NCBI GenBank assembly: GCA_016929135.1
Contig: JAFGJK010000055.1
Coordinates: forward strand, 22,275-86,274
Direction: 5' to 3'
DNA: 64,000 nt
From: Spirochaetota bacterium
GTDB lineage: Bacteria; Spirochaetota; UBA4802; UBA5550
The position numbers were made by a program, and so were the translations under genes. The notes under the pieces are model-generated. The model saw nothing but the letters and a program-made list of their open reading frames with translations. It did no database searches and was not told the DNA's origin. Positions 46,888 to 55,842 of this stretch are shown one piece after another; within the stretch, counting starts at the first letter, position 1, and the number at the start of each line of letters is the position of its first letter.

Positions 46888-47916
46888 ATGAACCGATTGA
46901 TGAAATGCGGTATCCTTTTGTTGTTCGCGCTGCTCCTTCCGGCGCGGGGAGCCGTGCTGCACGCAGCCGGAGCCGGCACCAGGGCCTCCTTCTCCAGGAG
47001 CGGATGGGTCGGCGCGCGATACGCCGCCATGGGAGCATCGGGCGAGGTGGTGGCCGACGACGTGTTCGCCATATACTGGAACCCGGCCGGGCTCACGGAG
47101 TTGAAGGGACGGACCCGTTTTTCAGCCAGCGAGATCCAGCAGAAGGCGAGGAAGGGGGATGTCTCCGGCATCTCCGAGCAGGAGCTGACGCAGTTTTCAG
47201 AGGAGAGCGGGGAGCGATTTTTTGTTCAGGTGGGCATCTCCGCAGCGATGCTCGACGTGGAGAGGAACGCCGGTTTTTTCGGATTCGCCTGCAGCCTCTT
47301 CAACGGGGTTTTCGGGCTCGGCGTCTATTCCATCTACTCCCCGGACATCGAGTCCAGGGACCAGTATGGCAACTACCTGGGGGACCTGAATTATATCGCT
47401 TCCGTGGGGTATCTCTCCTACGCCTTCACGCTCGGCGGCGTGGCTTCTGTGGGCGTATCGACGAAGGTTCTCTACGAAAAGATAGGGAATACCGTCTATG
47501 CGGGGGTCGGCGCGGATATCGGCGTGCAGGTGTACGTGCTCCCCTTTATAAAGGTGGGATTCATTGCCCAGGACCTGGGGTCCGGGCTCTACCCGGTGGA
47601 GAAATACAGCACCGTGCGGGAGAGGTGGGAATTCGCCTCGCCAACGTTGCGCCTGGGAATCGCCCTGATCAGCACCACCGGCCTCACGGTGTCGTTCAGC
47701 GGCATCAAAAAACTGGAACAGACGTCACTGTATTACGGCATCGGGGTGGAATACGACTTAATGCGGTTCACCACGATCCATCTGGGATTCAACGGATCCC
47801 AGTTTTCCGCAGGGCTCACGCTCCATATCTCCAGCGTGGATTTCACCTACGCCTTCATGTTCGACAATGTCGACAACGGGTACAACAATATGGTGTCGCT
47901 GACGGTGCTGTTCTGA
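46888..47916 (+). CDS. Putative outer-membrane beta-barrel protein, PorV/PorQ-like
   Basis: Signal peptide. The N-proximal motif GARYAAMGASGEVVADDVFAIYWNPAGL is remembered from PorV/PorQ- and UPF0164-type barrels. Alternating Gly/aromatic strands. Aromatic C-terminus SLTVLF. Confidence 0.5.
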   Translation: MNRLMKCGILLLFALLLPARGAVLHAAGAGTRASFSRSGWVGARYAAMGASGEVVADDVFAIYWNPAGLTELKGRTRFSASEIQQKARKGDVSGISEQELTQFSEESGERFFVQVGISAAMLDVERNAGFFGFACSLFNGVFGLGVYSIYSPDIESRDQYGNYLGDLNYIASVGYLSYAFTLGGVASVGVSTKVLYEKIGNTVYAGVGADIGVQVYVLPFIKVGFIAQDLGSGLYPVEKYSTVRERWEFASPTLRLGIALISTTGLTVSFSGIKKLEQTSLYYGIGVEYDLMRFTTIHLGFNGSQFSAGLTLHISSVDFTYAFMFDNVDNGYNNMVSLTVLF

Positions 47917-48722
47917 TGGAGATGCGGGATTCGGTACAAATAATGGGCGTACTGAACGTTACGCCGGATTCCTTTTTCGACGGGGGAAGGTATCTGGATC
48001 CTGCGGCTGCCCTCAGGCAGGCCGTCAGGATGAGGGACCAGGGGGCCGATCTGATTGATGTGGGCGGGGAATCCACGAGGCCCGGAGCGAGGCCGGTGGG
48101 CACTCAGGAGGAGATCGAGCGGGTATGCCCCGTGATTGAGGCGATCAGAGCAGAGATGGACATAGCGGTATCGGTGGATACCTACAAGAGCGGCGTCGCC
48201 GATGCAGCCGTAGCCGCCGGGGCATCCCTGGTGAACGATATCAGCGGGCTCACCTTCGATGGGGCCATGGCGGGGGTGATCGCCCGGCACGGTGCCGGGG
48301 TCGTCATCTCGCATATACGGGGAACGCCTGAGACGATGCAGGCGGACCCCAGGTACGATGACCTTATCGGCGAGATCACCGTCTTCCTGTCCGCGTCGGC
48401 GAACGCGGCCCTGGAGGCGGGCGTCGCGAAGGATAAGATTATCGTCGATCCGGGGATCGGGTTCGGAAAGACGCTGGAGGACAACTATCGCATCATTCGC
48501 GGTATCGGCCAGATAAAGCGCCTTGGCTTTCCGGTTCTGGTGGGTCTCTCGCGGAAGTCGCTCATCGGGAAGCTCTACAATGACGATTCCGATAGGCTCC
48601 CCGCCACGATCGCGCTGAACGCGGTGGCGGTGATGAACGGGGCGGATATCATCAGGGTGCATGACGTGAGGGAGCACCGCCTTGCCATGGCGGGCATAGA
48701 TGTTCTGAGAAAGGTATCGTAG
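47916..48722 (+). CDS. folP: Dihydropteroate synthase
   Basis: IMGVLNVTPDSFFDGG and DVGGESTRPG motifs. The ATG overlaps the upstream TGA by 1 nt. The 743-aa track ORF 46491-48722 is this gene plus a spurious in-frame extension. Confidence 0.9.
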   Translation: MEMRDSVQIMGVLNVTPDSFFDGGRYLDPAAALRQAVRMRDQGADLIDVGGESTRPGARPVGTQEEIERVCPVIEAIRAEMDIAVSVDTYKSGVADAAVAAGASLVNDISGLTFDGAMAGVIARHGAGVVISHIRGTPETMQADPRYDDLIGEITVFLSASANAALEAGVAKDKIIVDPGIGFGKTLEDNYRIIRGIGQIKRLGFPVLVGLSRKSLIGKLYNDDSDRLPATIALNAVAVMNGADIIRVHDVREHRLAMAGIDVLRKVS

Positions 48723-48726
48723 TGGT

Positions 48727-49536
48727 ATGGAAGGCTTAATAAATGCAACACTCGACATAGGTCTGGTCGTATGGGAGTACCTGCGCAACATCCTGGACAT
48801 TCTCGGTGTCGCCTTCATCCTCTACTGGGCATACATGTTCATCTCCCAGACCAGGGCAGTGCAGCTCCTGAAGGGGGTCATCATCATTGTCATCGTGGCG
48901 ATCCTCTCAAGGATTCTGAAGCTGGACACGCTGAACTGGCTGATCGAGCGGTTTGTCATATACGGGTTCATCGCACTGGTAATCCTGTTCCAGCCGGAGC
49001 TCCGGAGGATGATCACACAGTTCGGACAGCGCAACTGGCTCTCCTTCGATACGGAAAAGGATCCCTTTCCTTTGGACGAACTGGTGAACGCCGTCGTCTC
49101 AATGTCGGAGCAGAAGGTGGGATCGCTCATCGTCATTGAGAGGAACACCGGGCTCAAGAGCTACATCGAATCCGGCGTGCTGGTGAACTCCACCATCACG
49201 GAAGAGCTGATACGGACCATCTTTTTCCCGCTGACGCCGCTGCACGATGGCGCCATCATAATCCAGGAGGGGAGGGTTGCAGCGGCGGCATGCTACCTGC
49301 CGCTGAGCGATTCGAAGCAGATGAAGAAATACCACGGCGCGCGCCACAGGGCGGCGCTGGGCATAGCGGAGGAGACGGACGCCCTGGTGCTGGTCACGTC
49401 GGAGGAGACGGGCAACATCTCCATCATGGTAAACGAGAAGATGTTCTCGAAGGTGAAGGTGTCCGATCTGAAGAACATGATAATCTACTTCATGAACCCG
49501 AAGACGGCGTACGAGGGGAGCTACAAGATATCATGA
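48727..49536 (+). CDS. cdaA: Diadenylate cyclase CdaA (three N-terminal TM plus DAC domain)
   Basis: DAC motifs PLHDGAIII and GARHRAALGIAEETDALVLVTSEETGNISI. Confidence 0.9.
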   Translation: MEGLINATLDIGLVVWEYLRNILDILGVAFILYWAYMFISQTRAVQLLKGVIIIVIVAILSRILKLDTLNWLIERFVIYGFIALVILFQPELRRMITQFGQRNWLSFDTEKDPFPLDELVNAVVSMSEQKVGSLIVIERNTGLKSYIESGVLVNSTITEELIRTIFFPLTPLHDGAIIIQEGRVAAAACYLPLSDSKQMKKYHGARHRAALGIAEETDALVLVTSEETGNISIMVNEKMFSKVKVSDLKNMIIYFMNPKTAYEGSYKIS

Positions 49537-50504
49537 AAGCCTTCATGGAGTCCGTAAAGCGTTTTTTCATACAACGGAGGCTGCTGCCGAAGCTCCTGTG
49601 CCTTCTCCTTTCGGTCTTCATCTGGGCGTTCATAGGCAATCGCCAGAGCGGCAGGGTGATGTTCAGGGTTCCCATCGAGTTCACCCATCTCTCCGAGGGG
49701 CTCGTGATATCTGATTATTCGGACAAGTACGTCTTCGTCTCACTGGAGGGGAAGAAGGAATACCTCAAGGGCCTGACGGTGAAGAACCTGAACGCCACCG
49801 TGGATCTCTCGAACGCGGTGGTGGGCGAGTCAAAGGGCTATATTCTGAATATAGAGAGGCGCCAGGTTCCCGACAGCGTGGCACTGAATTCGACGCTCCG
49901 CGAGGTGAGCCTCACCATCGAGAGGGTCCGCAACAAGTGGGTCAAGGTGATTCCCCGGATATCGGGAGCCTCGTCGGGCAAGATAGTGGGGAGGATCAGG
50001 CTGACGCCGGAGTACGTGATGATCAGTGGGCCTGAATCGCAGCTGCAGCAGATCCCATCGGTGGAGACCGATGAGATATCCCTGGAGGACGAGTACGAGG
50101 ACCTTATACGGAACGTGGAGATAGACCAGAGGAACTACAGGGACATCAAGTTCAGTGAAACGACCATACGGGTGATGATTCCCATCGTGAAGAACGAGAA
50201 CGTCTATTCGGTGGAGGTGCCGATAACGGGACTGAAGGGGGATGACAGGTTCAGGGTCGATACGGAAGATCTCAAGGTACGCGTGTATGTCAGGCAGGGG
50301 GAGGGGAGCAAGCTGGATGTCTCGGATATCGAGGCATCGATCGATACCGGGGCCGTACAGTTCCAGCAGCTTTATAAGAATGGGACGAAGGCGTTCAGCA
50401 AGGTTCTGCCCGTGTCGATCAGGATGAAGAGCAATCGCGCCGCCCTCGCCGATGTGGTATCCTTCATCCCCGATACGATGGAGATAAGGTTTGTGAGAAA
50501 ATGA
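49533..50504 (+). CDS. cdaR: CdaA regulatory protein CdaR (YbbR-like domain repeats)
   Basis: ATGA overlap with the cdaA stop. N-terminal TM. Repeated YbbR-like beta modules (for example NLNATVDLSNAVVGESKGYILNI...VPDSVAL). The track ORF start at 49290 is an out-of-gene extension. Confidence 0.7.
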   Translation: MKAFMESVKRFFIQRRLLPKLLCLLLSVFIWAFIGNRQSGRVMFRVPIEFTHLSEGLVISDYSDKYVFVSLEGKKEYLKGLTVKNLNATVDLSNAVVGESKGYILNIERRQVPDSVALNSTLREVSLTIERVRNKWVKVIPRISGASSGKIVGRIRLTPEYVMISGPESQLQQIPSVETDEISLEDEYEDLIRNVEIDQRNYRDIKFSETTIRVMIPIVKNENVYSVEVPITGLKGDDRFRVDTEDLKVRVYVRQGEGSKLDVSDIEASIDTGAVQFQQLYKNGTKAFSKVLPVSIRMKSNRAALADVVSFIPDTMEIRFVRK

Positions 50505-50530
50505 CCGCGCAGGCGGCACGGGAGCAGTGA

Positions 50531-51310
50531 ATGTCGGGAATAACCCTATGCGTCAATATCGATCATATCGCCACGGTGCGGCAGGCGAGGGGAGTCAATT
50601 TTCCTGATCCGCTGGCGGGGGCTCGTATCTGTGAAGAAAACGGAGCGCATGGGATCACCGTCCACCTCCGCGAGGATCGGCGCCACATACAGGACAGGGA
50701 CGTCATCGCCCTCAGGGAGGTCGTCAGGGGGAAGCTGAACCTCGAGATGGCCCTGTCCGACGACGTCATCGCCGTGGCCAGGCGGGTGCTCCCGGACCAG
50801 ATCACACTGGTCCCGGAAAAGAGGGAGGAGCTCACCACCGAGGGGGGACTCGATGTGAAGGGGCATTACGAGAGGATCAGAGAAGTCACCGAGATGTTCA
50901 AGAACGACGGCGTGGCGGTGTCGCTGTTCATCGAACCGGACGAGGAGACGGTGCGGCTGTCGAAGAAGGCAGGGGCGGACTCCATCGAGATACACACCGG
51001 AAGATACTGCAATCTCTTCGACCGCGATCCTTCACGGGGCGTCAGCGACGAGGAGACGAACAGGGAGCTGAACCGCATATATCATGCCGCCGGCATCGCC
51101 GGTGAGATCGGCATCGGGTTGAACGCCGGGCACGGTCTCACCTGCGGAAACTTGCCGCCGATACTGGAGGCTCCGGGGCTTGAGGAGCTGAACATCGGTT
51201 TCTCAATCATCGCCCGTTCGATCTTCATCGGGCTCCCCGCCGCTGTCAGGGAGGTTCTGGCGGTCGTCCACGGCGCCGCATCCGGAGGAGGTGCACCGTG
51301 TTCCTGCTGA
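50531..51310 (+). CDS. pdxJ: Pyridoxine 5'-phosphate synthase
   Basis: LCVNIDHIATVRQARG, GITVHLREDRRHI and EELTTEGGLD motifs. Confidence 0.9.
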   Translation: MSGITLCVNIDHIATVRQARGVNFPDPLAGARICEENGAHGITVHLREDRRHIQDRDVIALREVVRGKLNLEMALSDDVIAVARRVLPDQITLVPEKREELTTEGGLDVKGHYERIREVTEMFKNDGVAVSLFIEPDEETVRLSKKAGADSIEIHTGRYCNLFDRDPSRGVSDEETNRELNRIYHAAGIAGEIGIGLNAGHGLTCGNLPPILEAPGLEELNIGFSIIARSIFIGLPAAVREVLAVVHGAASGGGAPCSC

Positions 51311-51513
51311 AGCTGCTGCAGATACTTTTTTTTGTGGTGATAGGATATCTCCTGTATCAGGCCATACGCTTCTTCCTCACGCTCGGCAGGAGAACCAGGG
51401 AGGCGAGGAGGATGATGGAGGAGAAGATGAAGCGAAGCGGCGAGGGCAACGACACCCGGCAGGGGAAGGACAAGATCATCGAGCTGGACAAAGACCAGTA
51501 CAGGGTGGATTGA
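51298..51513 (+). CDS. Small membrane protein (one TM, basic/acidic tail)
   Basis: 71 aa, LLQILFFVVIGYLLYQAIRFF. It overlaps the pdxJ stop by 13 nt, and its stop overlaps the next ATG (TGATG). The coding status rests on this coupling geometry. Confidence 0.4.
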   Translation: MFLLKLLQILFFVVIGYLLYQAIRFFLTLGRRTREARRMMEEKMKRSGEGNDTRQGKDKIIELDKDQYRVD

Positions 51514-51968
51514 TGCGCCAAAACGCGATAACCCCGGCAACCGGCAGGCGCCTCCAGGGGATACTCTTCGCTCTATGCCTGTTTCCCCTTCTATTTTGCG
51601 GATCGTCTCCGGGACAGTTCGGTTTCAAGACATGGCAGGAGGATTCTTACCGGCAGAAGAAGGATCCGCTGGAATTCAGTACCAAGGACGAGATTCAGTG
51701 GGTATTCAGGCTGTCGGGGGCCTCCTCTCCCAGGACCATAGGCGTTGTCTACCAGAAGAAGGAGATCGTCTGGGTTGATATGGACTCCTCCTCCCAGAGG
51801 GTGGACGCGACGAACCGCTATGTCTACGGTACGATAAAGGATTTCCCCCCCGGGGAATACAGGCTCGTGCTGGTGGAAGCGGGAGAGGGGAACAGGCTCA
51901 TCAGCGAGCGGTTTTTCACCGTCTACAACGACGAGGATCCCGAGCCCGAGAGCACACCGTCCGAATAA
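51513..51968 (+). CDS. Hypothetical lipoprotein with a small beta-sandwich-like domain
   Basis: Signal and Cys (ILFALCLFPLLFCGSS). The C-terminal PPGEYRLVLVEAGEGNRLISERFFTV resembles the tail of the 13528-13971 product. The track ORF 51291-51968 is an N-terminal over-extension. Confidence 0.5.
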   Translation: MRQNAITPATGRRLQGILFALCLFPLLFCGSSPGQFGFKTWQEDSYRQKKDPLEFSTKDEIQWVFRLSGASSPRTIGVVYQKKEIVWVDMDSSSQRVDATNRYVYGTIKDFPPGEYRLVLVEAGEGNRLISERFFTVYNDEDPEPESTPSE

Positions 51969-52074
51969 AGTTCCTGCTACCCGATCCCGTCCACGGAAAT
52001 GCTGACGGACGATCCCCATCGGGGCGAAAGGAACGAATCATCCCCGCAATTGTCGATGTGACGGCCCCTGTATG

Positions 52075-52113
52075 AAAAAAAAGTGCCATCTTTCGGAGGC
52101 CGAAAGATGGCAC
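52075..52113 (-). terminator. Rho-independent terminator of the 57721-52154 operon
   Basis: The minus strand has a 13-bp perfect stem GTGCCATCTTTCG / CGAAAGATGGCAC with a 5-nt loop, followed by TTTTTTTT. It lies 41 nt after the stop at 52154. Confidence 0.8.
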
Positions 52114-52153
52114 ACCAGTGTGGGAGAATGTGGGTATATGGAGATATAGCAGT

Positions 52154-52621
52154 TTAAATACTGCTATAAATCATATCGTAATAACCCTTCAGCATGTAGA
52201 ACGTCGCTCTGTCGAAATAGAGCGTTACGCGGTTGTTGAGCTCCAGCGCCTCCATGTACGCCGTGGTATCATCGTAGATCCTGTTCATCACGAAGAGCCA
52301 CAGGTGCCGCTTGATAAGAACGAAGGCCTTCTGAACCTCATGGAACGGTACTGACATGCTGAAGCGTTCCCGCGCGATCTTCACGTACCGTTCCTCGATC
52401 TTCGACTTGGGATATTCCTTCGCGATCCATATCGAAAGGTCCTTGTACAGGTTGTCGGCGAAATCGTAAATGAGGAAATGATCGATTGTACGATACGCCG
52501 TTGTATCCCGGTTCTTTAAAAGATCGTTCATGAACTGCTCGGTGATCTGCTGGTGGTTTTCCTCCACAAGCTTCACGAAGCGGTTGAAAAGAATGCTCTT
52601 CTTTCTTATCAGCGTCCGCAT
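52154..52621 (-). CDS. Hypothetical cytoplasmic all-helical protein
   Basis: 155 aa with no TM and no recognised motif. Last gene before the strong terminator, 37 nt downstream of the DRTGG gene. Confidence 0.5.
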   Translation of the reverse strand: MRTLIRKKSILFNRFVKLVEENHQQITEQFMNDLLKNRDTTAYRTIDHFLIYDFADNLYKDLSIWIAKEYPKSKIEERYVKIARERFSMSVPFHEVQKAFVLIKRHLWLFVMNRIYDDTTAYMEALELNNRVTLYFDRATFYMLKGYYDMIYSSI

Positions 52622-52658
52622 CGCTGTACCCTCACCGCGTTCTGATACCCTTCATATT

Positions 52659-53696
52659 CTATGCCCCGATTGTGTCAAGATTAATATATTTTTCCGTGAG
52701 CTGTGCGAGGAGGCGTATCCTCTCCTGATTGTCCTTTGTAAGAAGCGCCTCCATCCCGTCGATCTGCCTGGTCACCTGATAGGTGTCGGAGGTGACGAGG
52801 AGAAGCGGGACCCTTCTCTCCGCTGCCCTTGATATGATGGTCGAGGGCGGGAGTATGTTGTTGGTGAGAAGGATGCCCACGGTTTCACTCTCCAGCGCGG
52901 CCAGAATCATGTCATTGCGGTCACCGCTGGTGATCAGGAACTTGTTATCCTTGTTGAAGAGTGGATTCCGCATCGTTTCGTCCGTCGACATGGCCCCGAC
53001 GAAGATGTTCTTCACTATGTTGCCGAGGCCGGCCTCGCCGGCGATCACCTTTGCGTAAAGCTTTTCCGCCAGGTAGCTTACGGTAAAATGGGTGAGCTGC
53101 TCTTTAAACGGTATAATCCCGGCAACGGGGACCCCGATATCCCTGATGTCCTTTATGTAGATGTCCTCGAATTCGTCTATGTCCTTCAGCTTGTTGATGA
53201 GCACCCCCCTGAAATCGCACCCGGACATGTTGACGTATTCCTTCAGATAGGTGATATCGTCGATGATCGTGTCGCTGTCGCCGCTCACCACCACGTAGAG
53301 CGCCCCCTTCAGGTATTTTGCCACGGAGATCGAATCGAGGTGCAGCGATGAGCCGTAGGTGATGTCCTTGCCGCCTTCGATAACGAGCAGGTCCTTTTCC
53401 CTGCCGACGTTTTCCGCGATCTTCACCAGGGTGTTTCGCACCCCCTCCTCGTCGTAGACGTATTTCAGTTTTGCGTGATCGAAACCCAGGGTGATGCTCT
53501 CCGGGTCCTCGCTGAGACCGAAGATGTCTATGATCAGGTTGGAATCGTAGTCCCAGTTCCTTTTGCGCTTGTAGATAAGCCTGTCGCCGAAGGGCTTGAT
53601 GTAGCCGAAGTTTTTTTTCAGCGCGGACATGAGGCCGACGATGATGCTGGTCTTGCCGGCCCCCTCGCGGAGCGAGGAGATGACTATTCTATTCAT
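52659..53696 (-). CDS. P-loop (DethiobiotinSyn/CobQ-like) plus DRTGG domain protein: phosphotransacetylase N-terminal regulatory half without a PTA catalytic domain
   Basis: The N-terminal SSLREGAGKTSIIVGL P-loop and the C-terminal ITSGDRNDMILAAL (DRTGG signature) match the layout of the E. coli-type Pta N-domain. The protein ends after about 345 aa. Confidence 0.75.
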   Translation of the reverse strand: MNRIVISSLREGAGKTSIIVGLMSALKKNFGYIKPFGDRLIYKRKRNWDYDSNLIIDIFGLSEDPESITLGFDHAKLKYVYDEEGVRNTLVKIAENVGREKDLLVIEGGKDITYGSSLHLDSISVAKYLKGALYVVVSGDSDTIIDDITYLKEYVNMSGCDFRGVLINKLKDIDEFEDIYIKDIRDIGVPVAGIIPFKEQLTHFTVSYLAEKLYAKVIAGEAGLGNIVKNIFVGAMSTDETMRNPLFNKDNKFLITSGDRNDMILAALESETVGILLTNNILPPSTIISRAAERRVPLLLVTSDTYQVTRQIDGMEALLTKDNQERIRLLAQLTEKYINLDTIGA

Positions 53697-55842
53697 GGCT
53701 GCTTCCTCCTTGGATTGTTTTCAGCAGTATTCTCACATCCAGTGCCCGCAGTCCCTTTTCGGAGTCGTAGACGCGAACCGGGTTGATCTCGATGTCTGAG
53801 ATCCTGTCACAGCGAATCAGTATCGACCCGAGCTTGATAATCATGTCGATAACTCCATCAATGTCCTTTCTCTTTTCACCGCGGACCCCCAGGAGCAGGG
53901 GATATGAACGTATCTCCTGCAGCATGGACATGGCATCCTGACGGCCCATGGGAAAGGAGCGGAAACTAACGTCCTTCATGACCTCGACGTAGACGCCACC
54001 GAGGCCGCACATGACGATGGGCCCGTAGGAGACGTCGCGGACTGCCCCGATCACCAGCTCGATCCCCTGGGGCGCCATCTCGGCGAGCTCCACGCCGTCG
54101 ATGACTGCGTTGGGATCGTAGCTCCTGCAGTTATGCAGTATCGCCCCGTAGGCGTCCATGACCTCGTCGGCGTTTTCCAGGTTGAGGGCGATACCACCGG
54201 CGTCGCTCTTATGGATGATGTCCCGGGATACGACCTTCATCACCAAGGGATTGGTGAGCTCACCGGAGGCACGGATCGCGTCCTTCAGCGACCGGGCGAC
54301 CCTGCTCCTGGGGACGCTGATCCCTGCGGCCTCCATCACCTCACGGCCCTCGTCGGCCAGGAGGAAGGAGCGTCCCTGTGACTGAACTGAATCGATGATC
54401 CCGTTGATCCGTGCCGCGTCGATTTCGGCGATGTCGGTGCTGTCGGAGAATTCGTCCCTGAAGCTGTAGTACTTGAAGGCGGAGCCGAGGCAGGAGACCG
54501 CCTGGTAGACGTCGCCGTAAACGGGAAGGTTCTCCCTTCGGAGTTCCATCAGGGTCTTCTCGACCGACTCGCCGCCAACGACGGCGTAGGTGACTGGCTT
54601 CCCCGCACTCATGTGCCTGTTGTAGGTTTCACGGATCATGGGGGAGAGGTTCTCAGAGTCGAAGGTTGCGGTTTCACAGTAAAGGGCGATGGTGGCGTCC
54701 ATGTGCTCGGATGTGGCGGGCGCGCTCAGAGCCAGGTCATAATCCTCTGCCATGGCACCGCCGGTGATGTCCACCGGGTTCTTCGTAGAGCCGAAGGGGG
54801 GGGTGGCGGGGGAGAATACCTCTTTCAGCACATTCTGGTCGTCGTAGAGCTCGATGCCGTATTTCTCGCAGGCGTCGGTTGCCATGACGCCGATGCCCCC
54901 ACCGTTGGTGACGATGACGGCCCGCATCTCCTTCGGCCTCGGCGAGGCGGAGAGGAACTTGCACCAGTTGAACGCCTCGTCGATGCTCTCTGCCCTGAGG
55001 ACGCCGCACTGGCGCATCACCGCGTCGAAGATGTTGTCCGCGCCGGCGAGGGAGCCGGTGTGCGACGCGGCAGCCATGGCACCCCGTTTCGATCGCCCCG
55101 ATTTGATCACCACCACCGGCTTGCGCAGCGTCACCCGCTTCAGCATCGGTATGAGCCTGTCGCCGTTCTTCACCCCCTCTATATACATGAGTATCGCCTT
55201 CGTCGCCTCGTGGTCAACAAGGTAGCCCAGCAGGTCCGTCTCGTCGATGTCGCACTTGTTGCCGGTGGAGACGATGGCGGAGAGGCCGATGTTTTCCACC
55301 GCGGTCCTGCCGATCATCGCGATGCCCAGGGCGCCGCTCTGAGTGAGGATTGCCACGCTTCCGGGGCTTATAGCGGAGGCCGAGAAGGTGGCGTTCATAG
55401 ATGCCGAGGAGGAATAGAGGCCGAAGATATTCGGGCCCAGGACCCTCATGCCGGTTTCCCTGGCGATTGCCGCTATGGTGTTTTCGTCGGAGTGGTTCCC
55501 CACCTCGGAAAAACCTGACGTTATGATCTGAACATTCCTGACACCCTTCGCCGCGCACTGGCGCACCGCCTCCACGACGAGCTTTGCCGGAATCGCGATG
55601 GACGCGGCGTCGATGGGACCGTCGATCTCGCCGAGGCTCCTATAGGCCTTAAGGTCAAAAATCTCGCCTCCGGAGGGATTCACCGGATAAATCGTGCCGC
55701 GGTAGCCGCCGGATACGAGATTTTTCACTATGGTAAAGCCTATCTTCTTCCGGTCCTGCGATGCACCGATCACGGCGATGCTGGCGGGTTCGAATAGTGC
55801 CCTTATCGGATCGACTTCAGTTTTCATCGTACCTGTCCCCAA
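53689..55842 (-). CDS. ADP-forming acetyl-CoA synthetase / NDP-forming acyl-CoA synthetase family protein (fused alpha and beta parts)
   Basis: CoA-binding N-terminus SIAVIGASQDRKKIG...YPVNP, the phosphohistidine-loop motif AAASHTGSLAG, and a C-terminal ATP-grasp part (VMKVVSRDIIHKSDAGGIALNL). The start may be ATG 55827. It overlaps the upstream gene by 11-26 nt. Confidence 0.85.
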   Translation of the reverse strand: MGTGTMKTEVDPIRALFEPASIAVIGASQDRKKIGFTIVKNLVSGGYRGTIYPVNPSGGEIFDLKAYRSLGEIDGPIDAASIAIPAKLVVEAVRQCAAKGVRNVQIITSGFSEVGNHSDENTIAAIARETGMRVLGPNIFGLYSSSASMNATFSASAISPGSVAILTQSGALGIAMIGRTAVENIGLSAIVSTGNKCDIDETDLLGYLVDHEATKAILMYIEGVKNGDRLIPMLKRVTLRKPVVVIKSGRSKRGAMAAASHTGSLAGADNIFDAVMRQCGVLRAESIDEAFNWCKFLSASPRPKEMRAVIVTNGGGIGVMATDACEKYGIELYDDQNVLKEVFSPATPPFGSTKNPVDITGGAMAEDYDLALSAPATSEHMDATIALYCETATFDSENLSPMIRETYNRHMSAGKPVTYAVVGGESVEKTLMELRRENLPVYGDVYQAVSCLGSAFKYYSFRDEFSDSTDIAEIDAARINGIIDSVQSQGRSFLLADEGREVMEAAGISVPRSRVARSLKDAIRASGELTNPLVMKVVSRDIIHKSDAGGIALNLENADEVMDAYGAILHNCRSYDPNAVIDGVELAEMAPQGIELVIGAVRDVSYGPIVMCGLGGVYVEVMKDVSFRSFPMGRQDAMSMLQEIRSYPLLLGVRGEKRKDIDGVIDMIIKLGSILIRCDRISDIEINPVRVYDSEKGLRALDVRILLKTIQGGSSHE

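Noticed and set aside
46491-48722. A 743-aa ORF, the longest plus-strand ORF in this part of the track.
   Set aside because: Only its last 269 codons (from ATG 47916) carry FolP motifs. The upstream ~470 codons are Arg/Gly-rich nonsense. They lie out of frame over two well-supported genes (46513-46875 and 46888-47916) that have signal peptides and OMP features. It is a stop-free alternative frame in GC-rich DNA.
49290-50504. A 404-aa ORF overlapping the 3' third of cdaA.
   Set aside because: The first ~80 codons are an Arg/Gly/His-rich out-of-frame read through cdaA. The YbbR-type protein starts at the ATGA overlap (49533), where a TM segment begins.
51291-51968. A 225-aa ORF spanning the pdxJ end, the 71-aa ORF region and the lipoprotein.
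   Set aside because: The N-terminal 74 codons are low-complexity (G/E/R/D-rich) and overlap a better-supported small TM ORF in another frame. The signal-peptide/lipobox start at 51513 is preferred.
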